Origin: an uncultured Gammaproteobacteria bacterium
GTDB lineage: Bacteria; Patescibacteriota; Microgenomatia; UBA1406; GWC2-37-13
Direction: 5' to 3'
DNA: 32,000 nt
Assembly: GCA_964629635.1 (NCBI GenBank)
Contig: CAZVQS010000002.1
Location: forward strand, 43,644 to 75,643
Position numbers and translations under genes: made by a program. The stretch's first letter is position 1. The number at the start of each line of letters is the position of its first letter. The notes beneath the pieces were generated by a model, which saw only the letters and a program-made list of their open reading frames with translations, had not been told where the DNA came from and made no database searches. Shown here piece after piece: positions 31,042 through 32,000 of this stretch.

Positions 31042-32000
31042 TTATTCTTTCAGCATTTCAATGAAAAAAATTTTATCTGCTGATAACTCAGTATTATAGA
31101 GGATCCGGTTTTGATTAACAAGGGGAGAAAAATTCTGATTGACGAGGAACATGTCCTGGGGAAGCGTTATTTCAAGGCTCAAATCGTTGTTGATGGAACC
31201 GATCTGTTTCTGGAAAAGGAGCTGGTAAACCGACTTGCCTTTCGTGAACCCTTTTATGGACTGGTACTCGACCGTGACTTCGCGGGTGGACCGGACCGGT
31301 ATTTCGATGAAAAAGCCCACTTTCTTGAACTGGCCGATCTCCTGGTCGAAATCGTGGATTTGGGCGTCATCAACCAGCACGCGGTTCACGACCGAATCGC
31401 GGGGGAGCAGGATCTGGAAATAGTTGCGGTAGTTGCCGCCGGGAAACACATCCTGCACGGCGTTGTTGCGGAATTTGATATTGAGGCGGCTTCGCACGAT
31501 GCCGTCTTCGTCGATTGCCACCTTCACGTCCATGATGCGGTCCATGTAGAAATTGGCCTTGTTCACTCCGAGGTTCGCGTCATAGGGAAACATGAAATCG
31601 GCATAGCAGTTGGCGACATTCCGGGGGCACTGCGGTTCGATGATGCGCCCGGACCAGTAATAGGAGTCGATGGTTTTCTGGAGGTCCTCCATTTCGAAAT
31701 AGAACGCAAGCTGCTTTTCCTCGGCGGACTTGAAAAGCTCCATCATGAGTTCCCGTTCCGGAACCGTTTCGAGGTTGACGAGGATCTGACGGGTAATAGC
31801 CGAAAGGAAACTCTTTTTCTGGGTTGATCCGGGGAAGAAGTCCTTTTCCGCATAAAGCTGCGTCTTGAGATAGAAGTTTTCGGCATTCACTTTTTCGTTG
31901 AAATCGGGGATATACAGGTCCCCGTATGCCGCAAGGATATTGCGTATGGCAGTCGTCGTCACGAGGATGCCGCCGGTAAAGTCGGTCAGCTGCTTTTCCT
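31042..32000 (-). CDS. C-terminal part of a large protein, probably DUF4012 family; 5' end outside the window
   Basis: The frame stays open to the window edge (upstream residues ...EKQLTDFTGGILV precede the listed GTG at 31962). The family call is based on remembered sequence style only. The stop is 1 nt from the L25 start. Confidence 0.55.
   Translation of the reverse strand, partial: EKQLTDFTGGILVTTTAIRNILAAYGDLYIPDFNEKVNAENFYLKTQLYAEKDFFPGSTQKKSFLSAITRQILVNLETVPERELMMELFKSAEEKQLAFYFEMEDLQKTIDSYYWSGRIIEPQCPRNVANCYADFMFPYDANLGVNKANFYMDRIMDVKVAIDEDGIVRSRLNIKFRNNAVQDVFPGGNYRNYFQILLPRDSVVNRVLVDDAQIHDFDQEIGQFKKVGFFIEIPVRSTREVTVEYQSIKGFTKGKSVYQLLFQKQIGSINNDLSLEITLPQDMFLVNQNFSPLVNQNRILYNTELSADKIFFIEMLKE

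Noticed and set aside
1-32000. CRISPR arrays, rRNA genes, transposases/integrases, long tandem repeats
   Set aside because: Reading both strands, I found no regularly spaced direct repeats, no rRNA-like conserved stretches, and no DDE, tyrosine or serine recombinase motifs in any listed ORF.

Overview
The gene content reads like a chromosomal segment of a small-genome, fermentative bacterium. It is most consistent with the Candidate Phyla Radiation/Patescibacteria (Microgenomates-like), but that is inference only. Supporting signs are a minimal IF-2, an AspRS without the GAD insertion, a DUF4012-like protein, LDH and a cytosolic [NiFe] hydrogenase.

The backbone is more than half GC by hand counts of sample lines. 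It carries, in order:
- a partial CaCA antiporter and an EEP-family nuclease/phosphatase
- a four-gene alternating TasA/camelysin-like plus SipW-type signal peptidase module (1.8-4.0 kb)
- DUF1232, a cupin, and a thioredoxin-fold/DsbD-like membrane protein
- a ~5.5 kb island of roughly one third GC (about 6.08-11.64 kb) that abuts the 3' end of a tRNA-Tyr gene
- ldh, then an accessory operon with hypC, an EamA transporter, a protein with an internal HypC-like domain and a maturation protease, convergent with a two-gene [NiFe] hydrogenase
- a membrane-anchored hypothetical protein, a DD-carboxypeptidase and aspS
- a structured leader with a small ORF and a terminator, followed by a 404-aa orphan ORF
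- a long divergent PRPP-synthetase-like gene, recJ and rmuC
- an operon of DUF4012-like, L25, nusA, infB and a degenerate DHH protein

The island encodes ZIP-DUF134-DUF5320 on one strand and MarR-HlyD-FtsX-ABC on the other, plus a cupin.

The leads I rank highest are:
- the duplicated TasA/SipW module
- the two-subunit hydrogenase whose small subunit has only three Cys, and its unusual accessory genes
- the attenuator/riboswitch-like leader at 21.26-21.43 kb
- the integrase-less low-GC island next to the tRNA
- a recurrent leaderless-mRNA promoter geometry

No CRISPR array, rRNA, transposase or integrase was seen. All family assignments come from motif recognition by eye. No database search was run.
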